Assembly (NCBI GenBank): GCA_017942005.1
Contig: JAGAVJ010000003.1
Location: 101,700 to 165,699 of the forward strand
Direction: 5' to 3'
Source: Clostridia bacterium
Lineage (GTDB): Bacteria; Bacillota; Clostridia; Oscillospirales; CAG-272
Length of the DNA stretch: 64,000 nt
Position 1 is the stretch's first letter. The number at the start of each line of letters is the position of its first letter. The notes under the pieces were generated by a model. That model was not told the DNA's origin and did no database searches. It saw only the letters and a list, made by a program, of their open reading frames with translations. The translations under genes were made by a program, and so were the position numbers. Shown one piece after another: positions 28,111 to 36,831 of the stretch.

Positions 28111-30090
28111 ATGAAAAAAAATAACAAAAAGAAAAAAAATCCTTCTGCAAATTCCTCAAAAGAGAATCTCACATTGCAGCAAAAGGGTGAAACCACACAG
28201 GAAATGGATGCGTTATTGCAGGCAGCATCCATCGAAGCTGATCCTGCGGAATCAAACTTGCTCCTTTCTGAAACAGAAAATGACAATGATCCCTCTGTTT
28301 TTTCAAAACAAGACACTGCCCAGGATGCGGCAAACGAGACAAAAACAGCCCCTGACGACGCTTATTCAGCTGTTTCACGTGAAACAATTTTTGACATGAG
28401 CGCTGAAAACGCGCCAGATTCCGCCATGGCTGCCCCCACTGCTGCCGACACCGCCTCTCCCCAAATAGAGGAAACACCGCACGTAAAAGAAGAATCCTGT
28501 GAAACCGCAGCACCACCATCCAACAACGGCGAACCGACCATTTTAGAGGACCGTCTGTCAACACAGCTGTCCGCAGATGCCCCTGAGGCAGAACCGGAGG
28601 ATACTACAGAAAGAAATGCAGTATCGGGAAATGCAGAAACCGATATCCTGCCAGATTCTGCAACAGCAGATGTCACTTTGGATGAAACCCAGGATACAGA
28701 TACCTCTGCCGCTCTATTCACAGATGAAAAATCTGCCGATGATGCATCTTCCACAGTTTTTTCAGAGATGAACATGGACGATGCGCAAAATGAGCATGCA
28801 GAACCCATAGAAGAGGAAGCAGATATTACAGAGGATAACGACCGTGACGAGGAACAGTCACAGAATTCTGACATCGATAGTTTGATTGAGGAACCCTATA
28901 AACCGCTTGGTCTTTACATCCATATCCCCTTCTGCAAGAGCAAATGCGCCTATTGTGATTTTTATTCCACAGATAAAATTCAATGCTCTGGTCATAAAAC
29001 TCCGGAAGAAATGAAGCTGTATGTAAACGCGTTAAAAAATCAGATGCGCATTTTCAGTGAACGCACAACGCAGTACAATGTCGATACCATCTTTATTGGC
29101 GGTGGAACCCCCACTGCGCTGCCGGAAAAGCTCCTGCTTCAAATCGTGAAGGAAGTCGACCGTTGCTTCTACTTGGAAGACGGCTACGAATTCACGGTGG
29201 AAATGAATCCCGCGACCGCAAATCTGCATATGCTGAAAAAACTGCACCATGCCGGCGTCAACCGCCTCTCCATCGGTCTGCAGTCCGCACACAACCACGA
29301 GCTTGCAGCGCTTTCCCGTATTCACACCACGGGAGACTTTACAGAGTGCTTCCAAATGGCGCGGGAGGCTGGATTTGACAACATCAATATTGATGTGATG
29401 TACGGCATACCAGAGCAGACAAAAGCATCGTTTATGGACACCCTTGCGTTTGTTGCTTCCATGAAGCCGGAACATATTTCCATGTACAATCTGCGCATTG
29501 AAGACGGAACACCGTTTGGAGAGCGAAAGCATATGCTCCCGCTTCCCGACGAGGACACCGAATGCGACATGTACTTTGACGGTATTGCCTATCTCGCATC
29601 GGAGGGATACAAGCAGTATGAAATCTCCAATTTTGCAAAAGAAGGCAGAGAATGCCGTCATAACCTGAAATATTGGCATGGAGAGGAATACCTCGGCTGC
29701 GGTCCCGCCGCTCATAGCTATTTTGGACATAACCGCTTCTCTTTGCGCCGTTCCCTGGCACAATACTGTAAAGCACTGGAGGTCAAGGGAAAATCCATTC
29801 CTTCCTCTCTGCTGGAAGAAAACTATTCCATCGATAAAAAAGAAGAAATTGCAGAATACCTCATGCTGCGCCTGCGCCTGAATGAAGGAATTTCCTCTGA
29901 GGACTTCGCAGAACGCTTCGGCGGCAGCTTTGATACCGTCTTTGGCAAAAAGCTTCAGGTATATGTCGACCGCGGCTTCATGACACATGAAAACGGACGC
30001 TGGGCGTTTACCCCGCAGGGAATGTTCGTCTCAAATTATATCCTGTCAAGAATCATCCCCTTTTCGCCCAAATATTCTCCTATTTCCTAA
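28111..30090 (+). CDS. hemW: radical SAM heme chaperone HemW (HemN-like) with a ~260 aa acidic low-complexity N-terminal extension (start uncertain)
   Basis: Core starts at LGLYIHIPFCKSKCAYCDFYS (about nt 28905) and is a canonical HemW located downstream of lepA. The upstream 260 codons are D/E/S/T/A-rich and lack a well-spaced RBS. Alternative ATG at 28768. Confidence 0.8.
   Translation: MKKNNKKKKNPSANSSKENLTLQQKGETTQEMDALLQAASIEADPAESNLLLSETENDNDPSVFSKQDTAQDAANETKTAPDDAYSAVSRETIFDMSAENAPDSAMAAPTAADTASPQIEETPHVKEESCETAAPPSNNGEPTILEDRLSTQLSADAPEAEPEDTTERNAVSGNAETDILPDSATADVTLDETQDTDTSAALFTDEKSADDASSTVFSEMNMDDAQNEHAEPIEEEADITEDNDRDEEQSQNSDIDSLIEEPYKPLGLYIHIPFCKSKCAYCDFYSTDKIQCSGHKTPEEMKLYVNALKNQMRIFSERTTQYNVDTIFIGGGTPTALPEKLLLQIVKEVDRCFYLEDGYEFTVEMNPATANLHMLKKLHHAGVNRLSIGLQSAHNHELAALSRIHTTGDFTECFQMAREAGFDNINIDVMYGIPEQTKASFMDTLAFVASMKPEHISMYNLRIEDGTPFGERKHMLPLPDEDTECDMYFDGIAYLASEGYKQYEISNFAKEGRECRHNLKYWHGEEYLGCGPAAHSYFGHNRFSLRRSLAQYCKALEVKGKSIPSSLLEENYSIDKKEEIAEYLMLRLRLNEGISSEDFAERFGGSFDTVFGKKLQVYVDRGFMTHENGRWAFTPQGMFVSNYILSRIIPFSPKYSPIS
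28371..28386. other. parS centromere-like site (perfect palindrome) inside the hemW 5' extension
   Basis: TGTTTCACGTGAAACA, identical to the sites at 25700 and 34616. Confidence 0.8.
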
Positions 30091-30392
30091 CTTTGTTACC
30101 CGGCGAAAAGGTTTCGCCAAAAATATTCTCCCATTTCATAACTTTATTACTTGGCGAAAAGGTTTTGCCAAAATATTCTCCTATTTCTTAACGTGAGTTC
30201 GATGAGGAGATGCTTTTTGAAAAAAGCACCTCCTCAAACTCCACCGCAAAAACTTTTAATGAATAAAAAACGCAATATTTGTCTGTTTACCCAGGTTTAA
30301 GGTCTTTTGAATGGGCTTACGTATTTCCTAACCTTTTTCTTTGGCGAAACAGTTTTGCCAAAATATTCTTCCCATTTCTTAATTTTATAACA
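30066..30392. repeat. tandem array of 51-52 bp units (about 4 units), interrupted by a MITE
   Basis: Unit is GCCAAAATATTCTCCYATTTCNTAACTTTRTTACYYGGCGAAAAGGTTTY. The first unit encodes the last ~9 codons and stop of hemW. The array resumes after the insertion at 30324. Confidence 0.7.
30190..30323. mobile_element. MITE-like element (short copy) inserted in the tandem array
   Basis: Ends are AACGTGAGTTCGAT ... GGGCTTACGT(A). Contains GAGGAGATGCTTTTTGAAAAAAGCACCTCCTC + AAACTCCACCGCAAAAACTTTT. Flanked by ATTTCTTA / ATTTCCTA. Confidence 0.6.
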
Positions 30393-30437
30393 ACAAAAAT
30401 GTTTTATTCTATAATATAACCCAAAAAACCACTTCAC

Positions 30438-30526
30438 GAAAAAAGTTTTTGAAGATTCATAAGGGACTTTTTTTCAAAAAGTCCCTTGTATCAGGGTTCG
30501 GGATGAAATCCCGATAGCTTCCCCCC
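30438..30526. repeat. palindromic unit of the repeat family
   Basis: AAAAAGTTTTTGAAG... + AAGGGACTTTTTTTCAAAAAGTCCCTT plus the CGGGATGAAATCCCG hairpin. Confidence 0.6.
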
Positions 30527-30561
30527 GACCACAATACCACTTTAATACAATCACCACCACT

Positions 30562-31011
30562 ATGTCTCATAAAAAAATAAAAAAGAAAAAGAAATCTATG
30601 GCGGCGTCCTCTCCTGAGGAGTACAATGCCGCCAAAGCCCAGGTTGTCCGCACATTGAAAGCCTTTCAATGGAAGCTTGCACTTTTGATGCTTGGCATTT
30701 TTGCCGTGCTGTGCATCACCTATTACGTGCTGCTCCGAATGTACGTGATGTGGGCATCTCCGGTTCTGTACACGCTGGCGGCAGTGCTGTTCCTTGCATT
30801 TTTCTGTATCAACGGCGGATTTTCACGGACCGTTGTTTTACGTGAAAATCTTCCCGCGCATTGGACAGAGGAACACAAGAACCGTTTCCTTGAAAACGAC
30901 CGCATCCGCAAAAGCTTTGCACGGCGTCTGATGGTAGTCATGGTTCCCGTATTGCTGCTTTGTGCCATTGATATGCTGTCGATGTTCGTCCTTCCGCTGT
31001 TCAAACTGTAA
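30562..31011 (+). CDS. hypothetical membrane protein (3-4 TM), Lys-rich N-terminus
   Basis: 149 aa ORF with clear hydrophobic helices. No recognisable family and no strong RBS. Confidence 0.5.
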   Translation: MSHKKIKKKKKSMAASSPEEYNAAKAQVVRTLKAFQWKLALLMLGIFAVLCITYYVLLRMYVMWASPVLYTLAAVLFLAFFCINGGFSRTVVLRENLPAHWTEEHKNRFLENDRIRKSFARRLMVVMVPVLLLCAIDMLSMFVLPLFKL

Positions 31012-31202
31012 GACTTTTCTTCTATACAGATCAAAACGTTTTCACAGCCTGTGGAAAACAGTGCCGTCTATGCAATTGCATGATATAAGACAGATCGCCA
31101 TCTGCAAATGCGCTTTTTGTCAACGATGTGCGTGCAATTGCACAAGGGCTTGTAAGGCTTGTTCATTACAATTGACTTTTCCGATTTTTGAAAGGATGCC
31201 GC

Positions 31203-32129
31203 ATGTTGACTTCTTCTTCCCCCTCCTCTCTCCCTTCCAGCCGGAATGCAGCACTTTTTACGCTTTCCGATTTTACACGCGCACTGACAGAAAACGATTC
31301 CGCGCTGTCCTCATATGCTACCGCGGAACATGCGGAAAAATTTCATCTTCTGACAGAGGAAATGCTGCGTGTCAACCGCTATATGAACATCACCGCCATC
31401 ACAGAAATCCCCGATATTCTCGTCAAGCATTATGCGGATTGTGCGATGATCGTTCCCTATATTCCCCTAAACGCCGTTTTGTGTGACGTTGGCTGCGGCG
31501 GCGGGTTCCCTACACTTCCCATTGCAATTCTGCGCCCCGATGTGAACATTGTCGCCGTTGATTCCACACAGAAAAAGTTAGACTATGTTAAGAATACCGC
31601 CGCACTTCTGGGTCTGAATAATGTGACCGTGCAAGCTTCGCGCGCGGAGTCGCTGGGCTGCAGTCCCACATTCCGCGAAACGTTTGATTTTGTCACAGCA
31701 CGTGCTGTCGCAAGAATGAATGTCCTGTGCGAATGGTGTCTGCCGCTTGTCAAGCCCGGCGGTCTGTTTCTCGCCATGAAGGGCAAAAACGGCGCCTCGG
31801 AACACGCAGAAGCTGCGCGTGCAATTTCCATACTCGGCGGAGAAACGCTGTTCTGCCGGGAAAAGCTGCTGGTATCCCCGTTTGATGCGGGCGCAGAAAT
31901 CCCGGCTGCGAAATCCACGGATCAAACAATTCTTGCACAGGGTGTGGAAAACGATTCCGATGAAAAAATATCCTCGCAGAAAATTCCAAAGCCTGTGGAT
32001 ACCGCTCGCACTGACGCAAAACAGGATGAGGAAGCCATGCGCCGCTGTCTGATTCTCATCCGCAAAATAAAACAGACACCAAAGCAGTATCCGAGAAACA
32101 ACGCACAGACATCCAAAAAACCGCTGTAA
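31203..32129 (+). CDS. rsmG: 16S rRNA (guanine527-N7)-methyltransferase RsmG with a ~50 aa insertion near the C-terminus
   Basis: ATG 31203 lies 6 nt after AAAGGA. MNITAI...ILVKHYADC, DVGCGGGFPTLPIAI, FDFVTARAVA, GGLFLAMKG. C-terminal ...IRKIKQTPKQYPRNNAQTSKKPL is preceded by a hydrophilic insert. Confidence 0.85.
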   Translation: MLTSSSPSSLPSSRNAALFTLSDFTRALTENDSALSSYATAEHAEKFHLLTEEMLRVNRYMNITAITEIPDILVKHYADCAMIVPYIPLNAVLCDVGCGGGFPTLPIAILRPDVNIVAVDSTQKKLDYVKNTAALLGLNNVTVQASRAESLGCSPTFRETFDFVTARAVARMNVLCEWCLPLVKPGGLFLAMKGKNGASEHAEAARAISILGGETLFCREKLLVSPFDAGAEIPAAKSTDQTILAQGVENDSDEKISSQKIPKPVDTARTDAKQDEEAMRRCLILIRKIKQTPKQYPRNNAQTSKKPL

Positions 32130-32194
32130 TGCGATAACCTCCGATTGTCAGGATAAACCTTCCTTCCACGCATTTATACATACATTTCTTTGCA

Positions 32195-32596
32195 ATGAAC
32201 ATTTTGATATGTGAAAAGGAAGTTTTTGCTCGCGCAAAAGCTATGGTCAGTCATATGTTTGAATTTTTCATTTATTTATTATATTTATGGTTTATGGGTA
32301 CCGATATTCAATCAAAAGTATTTGTCCTCATTTTTGCTTTTGCAATTCTTTTGCCAATTCAACTGCTGCTGTGCTTTAAAGTTAAAAGCTTCGTGATTCG
32401 TCTCATTCCGATTCTCCTTTCTTTTGCATTCATCTTATTCTTCTTAATCTTGGCTTCCATTGTTGAAGAGAACCGATGGCTTTATTATTGTTATTCCGCA
32501 ATTTCTGGCTTTATGGCATTCATCTGTTTCATCGGCTGGACGATTTGGGCAGCCGCAGATGATAAAAAAATAGAACGCAGCAAAAAGAAGCAATAA
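32195..32596 (+). CDS. hypothetical small membrane protein, visibly AT-rich gene
   Basis: 133 aa with 3-4 hydrophobic helices. Composition is much more AT-rich than the neighbours. Own terminator. Start uncertain (32195 or the internal ATG near 32243). Confidence 0.5.
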   Translation: MNILICEKEVFARAKAMVSHMFEFFIYLLYLWFMGTDIQSKVFVLIFAFAILLPIQLLLCFKVKSFVIRLIPILLSFAFILFFLILASIVEENRWLYYCYSAISGFMAFICFIGWTIWAAADDKKIERSKKKQ

Positions 32597-32651
32597 ACGA
32601 TCGGCAGATTTTGTCCTCGCAAATCCCCTGCCTATAGAAGCAACAAAATCT

Positions 32652-32692
32652 GACTGCCTTTTTCGATCAGAAGAAAAAGGCGGTCTTTTTTT
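32652..32692 (+). terminator. Rho-independent terminator
   Basis: GACTGCCTTTTT...AAAAAGGCGGTC followed by TTTTTTT. Confidence 0.7.
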
Positions 32693-32788
32693 GCTCATTT
32701 TCCGTTTCCGCGCCGTCCCTTTCGTTTTTATCCGCACATCCCCTCATTTTAAGACAGTCCACCCGTGCGGCACAGATGCAGAAAATCG

Positions 32789-32804
32789 TGTTTCACGGAA
32801 AACA
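32789..32804. other. degenerate parS-like site (2 mismatches)
   Basis: TGTTTCACGGAAAACA versus TGTTTCACGTGAAACA. Upstream of the parB/noc-like gene. Confidence 0.3.
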
Positions 32805-32956
32805 CCGCGGATTTATTTGGAATGCTTTTCATTTTTCGCATACACATTCCGCCCTTCTTTTCTATGACTTTATGGTATCATATATACATCAAAAATGAAA
32901 CCGGTTTCCCGCCATTTCCCGCTCCCAAATTTTTTGTTATGGAAAGGAATTATACC

Positions 32957-34570
32957 ATGGATCACATTTACCCCGGCGTCATTGAGCCTGTACAGCAGGT
33001 CATAGAAAATCTTCTGACAATCCCCGCAAAGTGCGGCCTTGCAGCAAAATCTGCGAAAAAAGTCAAACGGCTCCCCCCACAAGAAGAAACTGTCCCGAAA
33101 CAGGATTCGATTGCCGCAAGCGAAAATAATGTAATGTATGACAGTGTCATGTATGACAATGTCAAGTATGACAGCATCAAAACCGACAATACCATGCAGA
33201 ATCATGATACTGTTATAAATGACGACATCAGGGATCCAAAAACGACGAAAAAACGAACGGAACACACGCCTCTCTTTTTCCTTTGTGAAAAAGAAGAACA
33301 GCTGAAATCCATGGAAAAGGCGCTTGCATCCTTTGAACGCACACTTTCAGAACGCAACCGGACACTTCATGAAAAGGAACAGTCGCTTAGTGAACGGTGG
33401 GATGCAGGCAGGATTCATTACATCCCGGTCGGAAGCATTCTGCCGAATCCCTATCAGCCGCGCAGAACCTTTGAAGAGCTTTCGCTGTATTCCCTTGCCG
33501 AGAGCATTCGCCGCCACGGGATTCTGCAGCCGCTGACGGTACGCAGGCTAAAACCCGCTATAACCGCACCAAAGCTTGATACGGAATCAGATACAGCTGC
33601 ACCCGCGGTATCGCCTGCGGAATATGAATTGATCGCAGGAGAGCGCCGTCTGCGTGCCGCATGTGCGGTACATATGGAGTGTGTACCGTGTATCGTACTG
33701 GAAGCGGACAACCAGCGTGCGGCAGAGCTGGCACTGATTGAAAATCTTCAGCGCGAAAATCTTTCGATGTTTGAACAGGCAGGCGCAATCGCCTCTTTGA
33801 TTGACATTCACGCTATGACACAGGAACAAATTGCCAAAAGCCTTTCCTGCTCCCAGTCCGCTGTGGCAAACAAGCTTCGCATTCTGCGTCTGACCGAAGC
33901 TGAGCGGGATATCATTCTCAAAAATCATCTGACAGAACGCCATGCAAGAGCATTTCTGCGCATTAAGGAACTGCCCCTGCGTAAAAGCACTGTCGAATAT
34001 ACCGCCGCGCACCACCTCAATGTAGCACAGACGGAACGGTATATCGACCGGATGCTGACAAAAGATTCCATAGAGGACAGCTGTACAGAGGAACCAAAAC
34101 AAACGGTATTAACGGCACAAGCGGTACAAACTGCGCCGATACAAACCACACAGGATACAAAAATACCACCACTGCAAACACCGTCTGCACAGGTGCCGGA
34201 TGCATACGTGCAGACCGTACCTGCGCAAAGCACACATCCGGAATGTGCAGAAGACAATGCGGCAGCTCCTGCTTCTAATACGGATACTGCCGCTCCTGTC
34301 TCTGACACACAAACAAAGCAAACGCGCAAACTGATCGTAAAAGATTTTCGTGTCTTCTTCAACACGGTGAACAACGCAGTACGTATGATGCAGGAAGCGG
34401 GAATTCCTATAGAAGAAGACCGCGTGGAAACCGACAACGAAATCCGAATGATTTTGGTTCTTCCAAGAATTCCTATGCACAACACCACGGCACAGGACAC
34501 GGCCTCAGAACCGGCACTCCAAACCGCTGCATTGCGTAAAGAAGCAGGTACAGACCATTCCAATCCATAA
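32957..34570 (+). CDS. ParB/Noc-family paralogue with long N- and C-terminal extensions
   Basis: ATG 32957 lies 7 nt after AAAGGAA. Core is IPVGSILPNPYQPRR...SIRRHGILQPLTVRR...YELIAGERRLRAA...ALIENLQRENLS...QEQIAKSLSCSQSAVANKLRILRL. Gene order rsmG / parB-like / parA / parB. Confidence 0.8.
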   Translation: MDHIYPGVIEPVQQVIENLLTIPAKCGLAAKSAKKVKRLPPQEETVPKQDSIAASENNVMYDSVMYDNVKYDSIKTDNTMQNHDTVINDDIRDPKTTKKRTEHTPLFFLCEKEEQLKSMEKALASFERTLSERNRTLHEKEQSLSERWDAGRIHYIPVGSILPNPYQPRRTFEELSLYSLAESIRRHGILQPLTVRRLKPAITAPKLDTESDTAAPAVSPAEYELIAGERRLRAACAVHMECVPCIVLEADNQRAAELALIENLQRENLSMFEQAGAIASLIDIHAMTQEQIAKSLSCSQSAVANKLRILRLTEAERDIILKNHLTERHARAFLRIKELPLRKSTVEYTAAHHLNVAQTERYIDRMLTKDSIEDSCTEEPKQTVLTAQAVQTAPIQTTQDTKIPPLQTPSAQVPDAYVQTVPAQSTHPECAEDNAAAPASNTDTAAPVSDTQTKQTRKLIVKDFRVFFNTVNNAVRMMQEAGIPIEEDRVETDNEIRMILVLPRIPMHNTTAQDTASEPALQTAALRKEAGTDHSNP

Positions 34571-34615
34571 TGCCGCACCATGGATTTGTTCACAACAGCA
34601 TTTCCACGCTCCTAT

Positions 34616-34631
34616 TGTTTCACGTGAAACA
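34616..34631. other. parS centromere-like site (perfect palindrome)
   Basis: TGTTTCACGTGAAACA in the spacer between the parB/noc-like gene and parA. Confidence 0.85.
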
Positions 34632-34836
34632 TGCATGCCTTCCCCTCCACTCCCACACCGCATAAACGGTCGAATTTTTCTGCCTTTGCTTTTGTGTGGA
34701 GCATCGTATGATCTGAAATCGTAAAATTTACTGCTTGTACAAAAATAATCCTGCAACATTCCTTGACCGCAGCACGAAAACGTGCTATAATATTATATAT
34801 TCATATCATTCAGAAGGAAGGGAAACGGTCATCGGA

Positions 34837-35712
34837 ATGAAAAAAGAACTCGATACAAGTACAGACAATGAGATGTGCAGCGCGGAAGTCAAAACAGCAA
34901 ATGCAGCGAATGCAGATGCTTTTGCCGCGCAGGACCCCGCCCCCTCCCGTTATGCACGTATCGTTACGTTTGCCAACCAAAAGGGCGGTGTCGGCAAATC
35001 GACCTCCGTTGTCAATATCGCAGCGTCGCTGGGGATTCTTGACAAGCGTGTACTCGTCATCGACTGTGACCCGCAGGGCAATACGACTTCCGGCTTCGGT
35101 ATTCACAAAAAGTCCCAAGTGAATACCATTTACGATGTTCTGATCGGACGTACAGAAGCAAAGGACGCGGTTATTGAAACCGCTTTTCAGAATATCTCCG
35201 TCATCTGTGCCAACATTTCTCTTGCCGGTGCAGAATTTGAGCTTGTCATGGCGGAAAACAGAGAATCCCGCCTGCGGCAGGCACTCTCCCCCATTGTGGG
35301 GGAATATGACTATATTTTAATTGACTGTCCGCCGTCGCTTGGTATTCTTACCATCAACGCGCTGGTCGCAGCAGACGGACTTGTCATTCCCATGCAATGC
35401 GAATACTACTCTTTGGAAGGTCTTTCCCAGTTGATGATGAGCGTCAAGCAGATCAAGAAGCGTTTCAACCGTTCGTTGAATTTGACAGGCATTCTGATTA
35501 CCATGTATAACGGTCGTTTGAACTTATCCTCGCAGGTTATGGAAGAACTGAAAAAGTATTACGCAGATAAAATCTTTTCTACCGCCATCGCACGGAACGT
35601 CAAGCTTTCGGAAGCGCCGAGCTTCGGCATGCCGGTTTATTATTACGACAAATATTCAAAAGGCGCGTCCTTGTATATGGAAGTTGCAAAAGAACTTCTG
35701 GAGCGCATCTGA
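34837..35712 (+). CDS. parA: chromosome partitioning ATPase ParA/Soj
   Basis: Deviant Walker A ANQKGGVGKSTS, VIDCDPQGN, ILIDCPPSLG. N-terminal ~45 aa tail, so the start is uncertain. Confidence 0.9.
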   Translation: MKKELDTSTDNEMCSAEVKTANAANADAFAAQDPAPSRYARIVTFANQKGGVGKSTSVVNIAASLGILDKRVLVIDCDPQGNTTSGFGIHKKSQVNTIYDVLIGRTEAKDAVIETAFQNISVICANISLAGAEFELVMAENRESRLRQALSPIVGEYDYILIDCPPSLGILTINALVAADGLVIPMQCEYYSLEGLSQLMMSVKQIKKRFNRSLNLTGILITMYNGRLNLSSQVMEELKKYYADKIFSTAIARNVKLSEAPSFGMPVYYYDKYSKGASLYMEVAKELLERI

Positions 35713-35753
35713 CGCGTTCCCAATTTGAAAACGGAAAGGATCATCCTATTCAC

Positions 35754-36671
35754 ATGGCAAAGAAAAATTCCTTAGGCCGCGGGCTGGATTCCCTGTTCCT
35801 TGAAAACGACGAGACAGACAAAAGCTCCATTTCCATGCTGCGCGTCTCTGAAATTGAACCGAATCCGACACAGCCGCGAAAAAAGTTTGACAATGAAGCG
35901 CTTGCACAGTTGGCAGACTCCATTGCGCGGCACGGACTTTTGCAGCCAATCGCGGTCAGAGAAAATGAAAGCGGCTTTTATCGCATCATCGCGGGAGAAC
36001 GCCGCTGGAGAGCCGCAAAAATGGCGGGACTCATTGAAATTCCTGCAATCATTTATGACATGGACGACAAGCGTGCAGCAGAGCTTGCATTGATTGAAAA
36101 TTTGCAGCGGGAAGACTTAAATCCAATTGAAGAAGCGCTTGCCTTCCGAACGCTGATAAGAGACTACGGCATGACGCAGGAGGACACGGCAAACCAGATT
36201 GGCAAAAGCCGTTCCGCCGTGGCAAATTCGCTTAGACTGCTTGATCTTCCTGAAGAAGTCGTCGAAATGGTCGCAGACGAAAGCATTTCCGCAGGACATG
36301 CACGTGCGATCCTTTCTTTGACCCGGCAGGAAGACATGCTTTTGCTTGCACAGCGCATTATAGAAAAATCCATGTCGGTTCGAGAAACAGAAGCCGCTGC
36401 AAAGGCGCTCAACATACAGGCGCAAAACGAAGAAGTAGAGCCGGATGCAGCTTCCGCACGAAATGAAGAAGAGGAACATCGGGCACAGATGGCGCAGAGC
36501 TATCTCCGCTCACTGGAACGCCGCGTATCCTCCAACCTCGGCTATCGCTTCCGCATTCTCGATGCAGGAGAAGGCAAGCCAAAAAAAATCGAGATTACCT
36601 ACAACGCGCAGGACGATCTGGAATCCCTGCTCTGCCGTTTGTGCGGAGCGGATTTTTTCAAGGAAACCTGA
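35754..36671 (+). CDS. parB: chromosome partitioning protein ParB/Spo0J
   Basis: LGRGLDSL, IEPNPTQPRKKFD, HGLLQPIAVR, IIAGERRWRAAK, ALIENLQREDLNPIEEA, HTH QEDTANQIGKSRSAVANSLRLL. Confidence 0.95.
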   Translation: MAKKNSLGRGLDSLFLENDETDKSSISMLRVSEIEPNPTQPRKKFDNEALAQLADSIARHGLLQPIAVRENESGFYRIIAGERRWRAAKMAGLIEIPAIIYDMDDKRAAELALIENLQREDLNPIEEALAFRTLIRDYGMTQEDTANQIGKSRSAVANSLRLLDLPEEVVEMVADESISAGHARAILSLTRQEDMLLLAQRIIEKSMSVRETEAAAKALNIQAQNEEVEPDAASARNEEEEHRAQMAQSYLRSLERRVSSNLGYRFRILDAGEGKPKKIEITYNAQDDLESLLCRLCGADFFKET

Positions 36672-36831
36672 TGATAGTGTTCCCCCACCCCCATTTCCCT
36701 CTCCTTTGCTGTAATTTTTATACATAGAAATTCAGGTCTGCCGATACCATGGGCTTGCCTGCCAAGGAGAGAGACAAGCCTACATTAAAACTACGATCAT
36801 CTGACATCCACCGAAAGGACGATATACAACT

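Noticed and set aside
28070-28113. Shared SD-hairpin-ATG architecture (AGGAGAT + 8-9 bp stem with 4-nt loop + ..TCAT(C)ATG) here and on the minus strand at 18527-18567
   Set aside because: There are only two instances. The second precedes an ORF that runs into the convergent SBP gene and is not credible as coding. Shared origin from the repeat family or chance cannot be excluded.
28362-28874. 170-aa minus-strand ORF inside the hemW 5' extension
   Set aside because: It is the low-complexity mirror of the plus-strand acidic frame and has no start context.
30066-30392. Possible CRISPR array
   Set aside because: The repeats are directly adjacent, with no unique spacers. The unit is about 52 bp, the array overlaps the hemW 3' end, and there are no cas genes. 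It is a tandem repeat.
36672-36831. T-box leader upstream of serS
   Set aside because: The spacer is only about 160 nt. I could not find the T-box sequence, a specifier loop or a terminator/antiterminator pair.
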